Shown here: positions 55,993 through 64,000 of the stretch, one piece after another
Layout of the letters: each line of letters starts with the position of its first letter
Numbering within the stretch: the stretch's first letter is position 1
DNA from: an uncultured Bacilli bacterium
Lineage (GTDB): Bacteria > Bacillota_I > Bacilli_A > RFN20 > CAG-826
Direction of reading: 5' to 3'
DNA length: 64,000 nucleotides
NCBI GenBank assembly: GCA_944369075.1
Contig: CALVXK010000003.1
Coordinates: 30,876 to 94,875, forward strand
Made by a program: the position numbers and the translations under genes
The notes under the pieces: model-generated
The model's database searches: none
Told to the model about the DNA's origin: nothing
The model's input: the letters and a program-made list of their open reading frames with translations, nothing else

Positions 55993-56877
55993 TTAAGCAG
56001 CATTAGAAGCACTTCTTTGTGCTGCTTCTCCCATCAATTGACCTCTAGTTGCATCATCTAAACGAGATAAAGAATCATTTAATTCATTTAAAAGTTCTTC
56101 ATTACCTTTTTTAATTCCAATTGAAACAGATAATCCTTCTAAGTCTTCAGCTTTTAAGAAACTTTGATCAACATATAAGATACCTAAATCATCTGGGTCA
56201 ATATTAACCATTGCTTCACAAACAGGAAGTTCAGCAGGCATTGCAAAAGAAGTTCCTAGAGAAACATCTTGTGCTGCTAAAGGATAAGTTGCAAGTGGAT
56301 CATTATGACGAATTGAAGAATCAACACTACTAAAATATATATCAATATAGTCATCGCCAACAACACCTCTTTGGCAAATTAAACTTTGACCAGCAAATAA
56401 TTCTAATAATTCTTCATATGTAGCAGGATTAGATTCACTATTTCCTTCAGGTATATTTTCTTTTTTAATTAAGAAAGCTAAGTCGGAAGTTAAATATGGA
56501 TCAGTAAAATCAATTGCTTCTCTTCTTTCAGCAGTTGAACTCATACCAGCTAAAACCATATTAATTTCATTATTTTGTAATGATGGAATTAAAGAATCCC
56601 AAACAATTCTTTTAATTATTACTGGTTTATTTAAATCTTCACTTAAATATTTTGCAACTTGAATATCATATCCATCGACAAATTCGTTTGAATTATCAAT
56701 TGGTAAAGTATATTCGCTTTCTTTTGTTACAGTCCAGTTGAAAGGTTGATATTGGCATTCCATACCAATAACAAGTGTGTCATTATTTACTTCACTACTT
56801 CCACCACAAGAAGCAACAGAAATTGCTCCAATAAAAGACATAGCGACAATTCCGCTTCTTAATAAATTTTTTCTCAT
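55993..56877 (-). CDS. Amino-acid ABC transporter substrate-binding lipoprotein
   Basis: A signal peptide with the lipobox SVASC and a family 3 SBP pattern (GYDIQVAK, LAGMS) are present. Confidence 0.8.
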   Translation of the reverse strand: MRKNLLRSGIVAMSFIGAISVASCGGSSEVNNDTLVIGMECQYQPFNWTVTKESEYTLPIDNSNEFVDGYDIQVAKYLSEDLNKPVIIKRIVWDSLIPSLQNNEINMVLAGMSSTAERREAIDFTDPYLTSDLAFLIKKENIPEGNSESNPATYEELLELFAGQSLICQRGVVGDDYIDIYFSSVDSSIRHNDPLATYPLAAQDVSLGTSFAMPAELPVCEAMVNIDPDDLGILYVDQSFLKAEDLEGLSVSIGIKKGNEELLNELNDSLSRLDDATRGQLMGEAAQRSASNAA

Positions 56878-56891
56878 CTTAAAACTCCTTT

Positions 56892-57114
56892 AAACAAATA
56901 AAGATTGCATCTCTATCAGATGCAATCTTAAATTCTATAAAAGAGTTTAACTTTACACCGATAGCGCCTCTAGATAAATCTAGGAGTCTATAGGAATATT
57001 CTTCCATAGCCCAACCAACATTTATGCCTAAATGTTGTTTCGGCAACCATACCTTTCACTTATTTCTTTGAATGCCTTCTCCATAAGTTACTCTTATAGG
57101 CTGCGCCTCTATCA
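56892..57114 (-). promoter_or_regulatory. Lysine riboswitch (L-box) with terminator
   Basis: On the minus strand the P1 helix is TGATAG...CTATCG. Conserved blocks are AGAGGCGC, AAGAGTA, TGGAGAAGG, GTGAAAGG, GTTGCCGAA and TGGTTGGGC, with the 3' AGAGGCGCTATCGG. The terminator is AAGATTGCATCT-gatag-AGATGCAATCTT plus a T-rich tract (56929..56892). Confidence 0.8.
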
Positions 57115-57129
57115 ATCTTTATGTGCAAT

Positions 57130-57158
57130 ATGATAAAGAAGGAAAAATAAATTGTAAA
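57130..57158 (-). promoter_or_regulatory. Candidate sigma-A promoter for the L-box/ABC operon
   Basis: On the minus strand: TTTACA (57158..57153), a 17-nt spacer, then TATCAT (57135..57130). Confidence 0.5.
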
Positions 57159-57185
57159 GTAAAATTTTTATATTTTCAGGTTATA

Positions 57186-57536
57186 TTAGAAATTTTCTCC
57201 GTTAAATCCCCAATTTTTGGTAAAGAAGTAAGAAATATAAATATGATCTTTGTTTAAACCAGGAAGAATATTAATTAGGATTTCACTAACTTTCGCAGTG
57301 AATTTATTTAAAATACTTTCACTTAAAGTATCTCCATAAACCAATACTTTAATCATCATATTCTCTTTTTCTTTATCCCCTTTAAAATAAAGTTTCATAT
57401 TATCTTTTATTTCAACCATAAGCCACTCTTCACTTTTTCCAGGAAGAATACTTATAGCTTTTCCAAGTTCTTCTTTTATCTTTTTTTCTTCACTAGATGT
57501 AATAGTTTTGTTGTAATTTAATTCAATATAAGGCAT
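57186..57536 (-). CDS. MIF/tautomerase-superfamily protein (Pro-1)
   Basis: The start is at the ATG at 57536, behind AGGAGAG, giving MPYIEL (catalytic Pro1 after Met removal). About 116 aa, with a C-terminal WGFNGENF resembling the MIF family. Confidence 0.6.
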   Translation of the reverse strand: MPYIELNYNKTITSSEEKKIKEELGKAISILPGKSEEWLMVEIKDNMKLYFKGDKEKENMMIKVLVYGDTLSESILNKFTAKVSEILINILPGLNKDHIYISYFFTKNWGFNGENF

Positions 57537-57681
57537 ATAACTCTCCTTTTTAAAATTATTATACATTTTCTAAACAATTATTAAGATAATATTATTTTTA
57601 ATTTTCGTTATCCAATAAAAATTGAATAATTAATTTATAAAAAATAGAATAAAACTACTTTTTATTTTTTTAGGAATAAGT

Positions 57682-58239
57682 ATGAAAGAAATTGTATTAT
57701 CAAACGAAGAAATTCAAGAAACTGTAAAACGTATTGCAAAAGAACTTGAAGAAAAATTTAAAAATAGCGATAAAACTCCTATTTTCGTTGGAGTATTAAA
57801 AGGTGCCTTACCTTTTATGATGGACCTTGTTAAATATTATAAAGGCGATTTAATTGAAGACTTTATTCAAGTTTCATCTTATGAAGGAACTGCTTCTACT
57901 GGCGTTATTCATTTGAAAAAAGATTTATCAACTGATGTTAAAGATAAAGACTTAGTTATTATTGAAGATATTATTGATACAGGAACTACTTTATCTTATT
58001 TAAAACAATATTTACAAATTAAGTATCAACCTCGTTCAATAACTTTAGTAACATTACTTGATAAGAAACCATTAAGAAAAGTTGATTTAGAAGCCGATAT
58101 TAAAGGAATTACCTTAACCAAAAACCAATTCTTAGTTGGTTATGGACTAGATTACAATGAACTTTGTAGAAACGTTCCATATATCTTTATACCTGATGAA
58201 GACGATTTAGCTCGTTGGAACCAAGAACTTAAAAACTAA
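57682..58239 (+). CDS. hpt: Hypoxanthine(-guanine) phosphoribosyltransferase
   Basis: The PRPP loop LVIIEDIIDTGTT and YGLDY are present, in 185 aa. Confidence 0.92.
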   Translation: MKEIVLSNEEIQETVKRIAKELEEKFKNSDKTPIFVGVLKGALPFMMDLVKYYKGDLIEDFIQVSSYEGTASTGVIHLKKDLSTDVKDKDLVIIEDIIDTGTTLSYLKQYLQIKYQPRSITLVTLLDKKPLRKVDLEADIKGITLTKNQFLVGYGLDYNELCRNVPYIFIPDEDDLARWNQELKN

Positions 58240-58244
58240 AAAAT

Positions 58245-58279
58245 AACTCCGCATCGATTTAGATACGGAGTTTTCTTTT
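58245..58279. terminator. Probable bidirectional terminator (hpt / galK convergence)
   Basis: AACTCCG, a 14-nt loop, CGGAGTT, then TTTCTTTT. The loop is rather large. Confidence 0.5.
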
Positions 58280-59450
58280 ACTTACTAAATGGAGTAAAGT
58301 TACAAGCCTTTGGTGAAATGTGAACTTTATAATATCTTGAAGGATATTTATCTTTTAAAATATTTTCAAATTCATCAACAAAATCATTTTTAATGAAAAC
58401 TAAAACTGTTCCTTTAAATCCACCGCCATGGATTCTAATTGCTCCATGACCTCCAATAAATGGGGTTAAATAATCGATAATTGATTGAGGAGATCCATCA
58501 TATTCTCCCTTTACATATGTATTTTCGATATTATTTTTTGAAGTTTCTTGTGATTTTCTAATTGCATCTAAGAATTTTTCAAGATTTTCAGTTTCAATAG
58601 CTTCTTTTGCTTCTAAAACATTATTATTTTCAATAAAGAAATGTTTTGCTTTTCTTTTTACTTCATCACTTAAGTCTAAAGAATCAATCCTTTCAAATAA
58701 ATCATCAGCTAAAGGAACATCTCTTAAAAATTCAACATTCGCTAGTTTTTTAGCAACTTCTTTCATTGAAGCAGGAATTGCTGCATATAATGCTGTTAAA
58801 GAAGAGTGATTTCCTTCGCTTTTTACTAAGAATAATGTTAAAGGAAGGTTAAATGGTAAGGTTTTAATTGTAGGATTGTTAATATCTCCAAAATCTATAA
58901 AGTTAGAGGAATCAAAACTTGTCCCAACTTGGTCTAATAATCCACATGGTTTATTGAAAAAATTATTTTCGGCATATTGACCAGCTTTTGCAATTACTAC
59001 AGGTTCAATTTTACCATCATTATATAAATGAGAAATTGTATATGCAAAAAGAGACTCAACGGCAGCCGATGAAGAAACGCCACTACCATCAGGAATTTCG
59101 CTATCTAAAGCCATGTAAAACCCACCAATTTTATAACCAAGTTCCTTTAATCTAAATAAAATACCTTTAGCTAAAGCGATTGGACGACCTTCTTCTTCGA
59201 CCTTATGAGTTAAATCATCAAGAGAAAAGCTAAAAATAGGATATCCTTTCGACTTAACTTCAACAATATTATCTACTTTCTTTAAAGCACTATAGCATCT
59301 TAAAGAGCAATTTGCGACCAAGCATAAACCATGGTTATGATCGGTATGATTTCCGATAATTTCAAATCTTCCGCCAGTATCTAAAAGATAATCTGGCTCT
59401 AGATTAAATGTTTCTTTAAAGATTTGTACAACTTCTTCTTTTTTAGTCAT
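58278..59450 (-). CDS. galK: Galactokinase
   Basis: GRFEIIGNHTDHN (galactokinase signature) and the GHMP motif PDGSGVSSSAA are present. Confidence 0.92.
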   Translation of the reverse strand: MTKKEEVVQIFKETFNLEPDYLLDTGGRFEIIGNHTDHNHGLCLVANCSLRCYSALKKVDNIVEVKSKGYPIFSFSLDDLTHKVEEEGRPIALAKGILFRLKELGYKIGGFYMALDSEIPDGSGVSSSAAVESLFAYTISHLYNDGKIEPVVIAKAGQYAENNFFNKPCGLLDQVGTSFDSSNFIDFGDINNPTIKTLPFNLPLTLFLVKSEGNHSSLTALYAAIPASMKEVAKKLANVEFLRDVPLADDLFERIDSLDLSDEVKRKAKHFFIENNNVLEAKEAIETENLEKFLDAIRKSQETSKNNIENTYVKGEYDGSPQSIIDYLTPFIGGHGAIRIHGGGFKGTVLVFIKNDFVDEFENILKDKYPSRYYKVHISPKACNFTPFSK

Positions 59451-59452
59451 AA

Positions 59453-60997
59453 TTAGAAATTAACTCCTTTCAAGAATTTCTTGAATCCAGCTTGTCCTTT
59501 TTCGTCTTCTTTAAAGACAGCAGTATTTTTCAAGATATTCATGCAAACATTATTTATATATTTTCTAATGTCGCTATCAATAGTTTCCTCGTTATAATTT
59601 TCTTTAAGTTCATGAATCATTGTAAGGAAATTGCCAGTCATATCCGGGTATTTTAAAACAATTTCATCATCGTTAAGATTATTCTTTAAACAATCTTTCA
59701 TTTGATTTGATTGTCTAATTAGTCTTGCTGGAAGAATAAATAAACCCATAGCTTCAATAATTCCAATACCTTCATGTTTAATATGATGATATTCAGGGTG
59801 AGCATGGAAAATACCATCAGGATAAGTTTCATTACATCTATTGTTTCTTAAAATTAAATATAGATAATATGTTTCGCCAATCTTTCTAATACATGGAGTT
59901 ATAGTATTATGTCTAGTTTCACCTTCATGAGACAAAATTTCGTTATCTAAATCATCATAATTTCTCCAATGATCAAGGATTTTAGTTGCAAGAGAAGTCA
60001 CATCATTTTTATCTCTACCTTCAATTAAAACAGTAGAATTGTACCAATCTAAAATACCCACTTTTGAGGAATGTTTACTTTCATCAATATCAATATATTC
60101 TTTTACTTTTGAGTGCATGATTGGCAAAATATGTTCGCCACCTTGATAATGCTCGTGATTTAAAATTGAACCCCCAACAATTGGTAAATCAGCATTGCTT
60201 CCTACAAAGAAATAAGGGAAAGTATCAACAAATGAAGCTAATTTCTTAAATGTAGATTCGTTGATTACCATATTTGAATGACAATCCCTTAAAACAATAC
60301 AGTGCATATTAAAATATCCATAAGGTGAATATTGTAGGTACCATCTTTCGCCTTCAAGATTCAAAGGAATTAAACGAATATTTTCTCTAGCTGGATGATC
60401 ATCTCTTCCATAATAACCTAAGTTCTCTTTACAAAGTAAACATTTAGGATATTTTTCTAAAGATGGATCTTTCTTAACTAAAAGTTTAGCAATATCCTTA
60501 TTATTTTTTTCAGGTTTAGAAAGGTTAATTGAAACTTCAATATTTTTATCTTCAAAATCACTTTCCCAAACTAAATTTTTATCAATCTTAGATTTCTTAA
60601 CATAATCATTATATATGGATAAAGAATAAAGATATTTTAATGCTTCTTCATCGCTGACTTTATGATAAATATCATTAAATTTTCTAACTACTTCACTTGG
60701 AAAAGGTGTTAATAAACCTAGAATTTTTGTAATTTTTCTATCGATTTCATTATCAGTTAATTCGGTTGTTTCTTTTAAATAAGAAGTTAAAGAATCAACA
60801 AAATAATCAGGATTTTTCATATTTTCGATTTCTTTAACTCTAGAAGAATCAAGTTCAACTACTTTAAAAGTATCAATGCTTAGTTCACCTAAAATAATAT
60901 TACGACTAAATAATTCATCTTCATAAGAATTGTTACTTAATAAATTTTTCTTTGCATAAACAACGAATTCATTTACTAATAAATTAATATCTAACAT
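59453..60997 (-). CDS. galT: Galactose-1-phosphate uridylyltransferase, type 2 (long Firmicute form)
   Basis: 514 aa with the ILNHEHYQGG motif, located between galM and galK. Confidence 0.88.
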   Translation of the reverse strand: MLDINLLVNEFVVYAKKNLLSNNSYEDELFSRNIILGELSIDTFKVVELDSSRVKEIENMKNPDYFVDSLTSYLKETTELTDNEIDRKITKILGLLTPFPSEVVRKFNDIYHKVSDEEALKYLYSLSIYNDYVKKSKIDKNLVWESDFEDKNIEVSINLSKPEKNNKDIAKLLVKKDPSLEKYPKCLLCKENLGYYGRDDHPARENIRLIPLNLEGERWYLQYSPYGYFNMHCIVLRDCHSNMVINESTFKKLASFVDTFPYFFVGSNADLPIVGGSILNHEHYQGGEHILPIMHSKVKEYIDIDESKHSSKVGILDWYNSTVLIEGRDKNDVTSLATKILDHWRNYDDLDNEILSHEGETRHNTITPCIRKIGETYYLYLILRNNRCNETYPDGIFHAHPEYHHIKHEGIGIIEAMGLFILPARLIRQSNQMKDCLKNNLNDDEIVLKYPDMTGNFLTMIHELKENYNEETIDSDIRKYINNVCMNILKNTAVFKEDEKGQAGFKKFLKGVNF

Positions 60998-61011
60998 AAC
61001 TTCTCCTTAAA

Positions 61012-62004
61012 TTACATTCTTACAATTTTATATTCAATATAGTGACGATATTTTTCGCCTTTTTTGAAATAAATAGAATCTAAATCAAAATCATAAAGTT
61101 GAGGCTCTAAAGCTATTCCTCTTCTTGCTTTAAGATTTTTATTATTTAAGAATTTAACATTGCTTAAAGATGAATCTGCATAAATATTAAATGCAGGATA
61201 ATCTGTTTTTAAAGTAAGTTTGTAGTTCTTGTTTTCTAATGTAACGGTATGCTTTTTACCTTCATCCTTATTAAATAAGAATGTATTATCTATTGTTCCA
61301 ACACTTGTTTTGTCTGCAGCATCAAGATGTGATTTAAGCATAGATTTTTTCTTAAATCTTAAATAATCTGGAGTTTTTATAGTTCCAACAATTAATAATC
61401 TATCATCTAATTCTCCAATTTTTGGAGCATCAAATTTCAACTTATAATCATCGATAGTTAAATCTTTTGATAAGTTCCAGTAAATGTGGTTAGAAAGATT
61501 AATTAGACTATCTTCAATAACATTAACTTTGAATATTATTTTGAAAGAATTTTTCTTCTTGGATAAAGAATAAATTACATTTATTCTAACCTTTCCATCA
61601 AATCCTTCATCTCCTTTTCTTGGAGAAATTGTAAACTTAAGGTCGATTTTGTTTTTACGATCTTTTACCTCATATTTCCAATTTTTAAAAGATAAAGATT
61701 TAATATCTCCACCGTGTAAACAAATATTTTCACCACTATCTTTAAGTTTGAATTCCTTATCACCAATTTTAAAATTAGTTTTAAGTCTTCCGGCAACTAA
61801 GCCTAAAGTTTTTCCAAAATATTGCGTACTTTTTAAAAATAAATCCTTGTCTTCAAGCACTAAATTCAATGGATTATCTCCATCATAAAGTGAATAAAGT
61901 GAAGCACCGCACGAACAAAAAGTATAAGTTAAATCGCATGCTTTAACTGTAATAAAATCTGCATTATTAAATTTTTCTATTGTACAAAGTTCATTTTCTA
62001 CCAT
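61012..62004 (-). CDS. galM: Aldose 1-epimerase (galactose mutarotase)
   Basis: A mutarotase pattern is present (LHGG, NHIYWNL, IALEPQ), and the gene is the first of the gal cluster. Confidence 0.8.
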   Translation of the reverse strand: MVENELCTIEKFNNADFITVKACDLTYTFCSCGASLYSLYDGDNPLNLVLEDKDLFLKSTQYFGKTLGLVAGRLKTNFKIGDKEFKLKDSGENICLHGGDIKSLSFKNWKYEVKDRKNKIDLKFTISPRKGDEGFDGKVRINVIYSLSKKKNSFKIIFKVNVIEDSLINLSNHIYWNLSKDLTIDDYKLKFDAPKIGELDDRLLIVGTIKTPDYLRFKKKSMLKSHLDAADKTSVGTIDNTFLFNKDEGKKHTVTLENKNYKLTLKTDYPAFNIYADSSLSNVKFLNNKNLKARRGIALEPQLYDFDLDSIYFKKGEKYRHYIEYKIVRM

Positions 62005-62067
62005 AATTTTACCCTTTTAGAATTCTTCAATAATTCTAGCAAAAATGAAATGCTATTTATAGACAAA

Positions 62068-64000
62068 TTAGTTCTTTTTTGAATTATTTTCATCTTTTCT
62101 TTGCTTAAAGAATAAAACTAGGAAAACTGTTACACCAATAACAAATAAAACACCAATTGTAATTAAAATTGGAGATAAAATTTTTGCAAGAGCAAAAGGT
62201 TCCATATTTACTTCAATTTCAAACAAAGTATAAGGAGACTCAAATTCAATAAGCTCATTTTGAGCTTCTATTGAGGAGATAAAGTTAACATCTAGTTTTG
62301 AACTTCCATCAAGTGCGTAAATATTAATAAAATTCGACATTTTAGGTAAAAAATATTTAATTTTATTTTGAATTAAAGATTCATCTATTAATTCTCCAGT
62401 TTCTTCATCGCACAAACTTAAACCATAGGAAGAAGAATTTTTCCTAGATAAATTAAGGAAGTAATTTTCTTTAACATCAAGCCCTGACATACCTAGTTTA
62501 TTTTTTAAGTCAAACTTAAAGTTATAAGAAATATGATTGGCGTTTACGATAGTTAAGAAAATATAATCTTCATCTTCAAAATCATTTAAATCGATTTCTA
62601 TATTAAAATTAATATCATCAATTTGCTGAATTTTGTCGGTTATATTTTCACCATTTAAATTAACAACCATTTTTTCTCTTTCTTTAACAAAAATTCTAAG
62701 AACATTATCTTTTAAGGTAACATTATAAATATCAGGCACAGAAATAAATTCTTCATTGAAATGAATTTTATAATTATATTCAACTAAAGAATTATCGCCT
62801 AAAGTAAATTGAAGTCTTAAAGTATATATCCCATCTTGGAAAGCTTTATTATTTTCTTCATTAAAAAGCGGAATAAATAAATATGATCTATGGGTATAAT
62901 ATTTTTCAGAAATTAATGAAGCAGATTCCTCCAAAATAACATTCCTATATAATTCTCTAGTAAAACCACTTGAAATAAGATTGTCTTCAAAATATGAATC
63001 ATACACTAAATTTTTATTCTGATCATAAATTGTAACCTTATTATCAATGACATTTCTTGTCATAAAAAGTTGAATTAAAATATCACCATAGCTTGAATAA
63101 TCACCAGTGTAAATATGATAAATATGATTTATATCGTCATAAATATATTGCATTAAATCATATTGTTTAGTTAAAGATAACTTATTATTTAAAATGTTTT
63201 TCTTGTAGTAATCTTCATTATTACCAAGCAATATATATGATCCTGTTTCAACTTTACTTGCTTCAACATTATAGTGAGTTGAAATAAAATCATTCATAAT
63301 GTCGCTTTCATAAACCTTATTTTCATCCTTCTCAAAAGAGAAATCTTCATATGGTTTAGCCTTATCATATTCGCCATAAAAACCAAGATAAGGAATATTT
63401 AATGTATGCTCGTTGTTTTTGAAAATGACGTATCCTTCTAATACTGTTCCATTGTCAAAATTCTTTAAATAATCTCTTTCGTTTTTAAGTAGTGAATAAT
63501 TTATATTATAAAGATTGTCACCAACTTCACTGCTAAATTTACCTAAATTTACAGTATTTAAAATAATGTCATCACTATTTTTTACTTTAAAACTTTCCCC
63601 GTTAATTACCTGCTCACTAATTCTAGGAGCCATAATAACTAAGGAAACATCGTAAACTTGGGCTTTTTCTTCTACTAAATTTAAATTAAAGAATAAATGT
63701 CCGTTTTTAAAAAGGTCATCGTTTTTTAATTCTATTTTAGACTTATCTCCATAAGTTAGATACGAAGTTGCTTCATTACTCGCCTTAATATTAACCAATC
63801 CTGATCCTTGTTTTCTTGGAGAAAGATAAGAACCATATTCATCTAAAAGTAACGTTGTATTAGATAGCATTTTTTTAGAAGCAATACTTGCATTTTTATC
63901 TCTTTCAATATCATTTATATTATTATAATTAGATAAAATGGTTGAATAAGCACCCATTAAATTTGGAGTAGCCATTGAAGTTCCACTAATGCAATAATGA
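62068..64000 (-). CDS. Subtilisin-family (S8) surface protease, C-terminal part (5' end off the window)
   Basis: The reverse complement of the last bases reads ...HYCISGTSMATPN, the catalytic Ser motif. A long beta-rich spacer follows, then a C-terminal hydrophobic helix ILSPILITIGVLFVIGVTVFLVLFF plus KQRKDE. I saw no LPXTG. Confidence 0.8.
   Translation of the reverse strand, partial: HYCISGTSMATPNLMGAYSTILSNYNNINDIERDKNASIASKKMLSNTTLLLDEYGSYLSPRKQGSGLVNIKASNEATSYLTYGDKSKIELKNDDLFKNGHLFFNLNLVEEKAQVYDVSLVIMAPRISEQVINGESFKVKNSDDIILNTVNLGKFSSEVGDNLYNINYSLLKNERDYLKNFDNGTVLEGYVIFKNNEHTLNIPYLGFYGEYDKAKPYEDFSFEKDENKVYESDIMNDFISTHYNVEASKVETGSYILLGNNEDYYKKNILNNKLSLTKQYDLMQYIYDDINHIYHIYTGDYSSYGDILIQLFMTRNVIDNKVTIYDQNKNLVYDSYFEDNLISSGFTRELYRNVILEESASLISEKYYTHRSYLFIPLFNEENNKAFQDGIYTLRLQFTLGDNSLVEYNYKIHFNEEFISVPDIYNVTLKDNVLRIFVKEREKMVVNLNGENITDKIQQIDDINFNIEIDLNDFEDEDYIFLTIVNANHISYNFKFDLKNKLGMSGLDVKENYFLNLSRKNSSSYGLSLCDEETGELIDESLIQNKIKYFLPKMSNFINIYALDGSSKLDVNFISSIEAQNELIEFESPYTLFEIEVNMEPFALAKILSPILITIGVLFVIGVTVFLVLFFKQRKDENNSKKN

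Noticed and set aside
1-64000. I considered translation table 4 (TGA = Trp), because the gene content and AT-richness look Mollicute-like.
   Set aside because: All housekeeping proteins are full length in the standard code. The Trp codons I checked, for example in leuS (aaa tgg aga gaa atc tgg), are TGG. No gene needed TGA read-through.
1-64000. I looked for CRISPR arrays, IS elements or transposases, integrases, phage genes, toxin-antitoxin pairs, and rRNA genes.
   Set aside because: None was found by inspecting the ORF translations and intergenic regions. The only RNA gene seen is tRNA-His, and the only structured cis-RNAs are the Leu T-box and the lysine riboswitch.

Overview
The window is a visibly AT-rich chromosomal segment that reads cleanly in the standard genetic code. 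Trp is TGG and all housekeeping ORFs are full length without TGA read-through, so it is not a code-4 Mollicute. Gene content and order look like a low-GC Bacillota lineage (Erysipelotrichia or Mollicutes-related), probably an anaerobe. About 85% of genes lie on the minus strand.

Most of the window is core genome:
- ytpR, an M42 peptidase, trmB, pepV, an ECF S-component with coaX, and leuS behind a Leu T-box.
- The glycogen genes glgC-glgD-glgA.
- A Bacillus ylo-like block: rqcH, gmk, priA, an rsmB-like gene, rlmN, PP2C, a Ser/Thr kinase, rpe, and divergent rpmB.
- A glycerol operon: a GlpA-like dehydrogenase, an oxidoreductase, DUF1667, a DUF2974 lipase-like gene, glpK and an unknown gene.
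- An O2-detoxification pair (flavodiiron protein and desulfoferrodoxin) and a solo tRNA-His.
- rpsL-rpsG-fusA-tuf.
- An amino-acid ABC importer controlled by a lysine riboswitch.
- hpt, galM-galT-galK, and a partial S8 surface protease.

I saw no CRISPR array, IS element, integrase or prophage.

The stand-out element is a translationally coupled three-gene operon at 12317-17782. It has the size, order and motif pattern of a MukBEF-like Wadjet/Mks complex: a JetA/MksF kleisin-like gene, a JetB/MksE-like gene and a JetC/MksB SMC-type ATPase. It has no JetD/MksG Toprim nuclease gene and no room for one.

Secondary observations:
- An RsmB homologue has lost its SAM loop and both catalytic cysteines.
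- A HAD phosphatase gene is decayed by two lesions.
- A TATAAT-N5-7-ATG architecture with no Shine-Dalgarno sequence recurs at operon-leading genes, suggesting leaderless mRNAs.
- Two uncharacterised genes are embedded in the glycerol operon.
- The ABC ATPase carries an insertion of about 90 aa.

All family calls come from motif and architecture recognition by eye. No database search was run.
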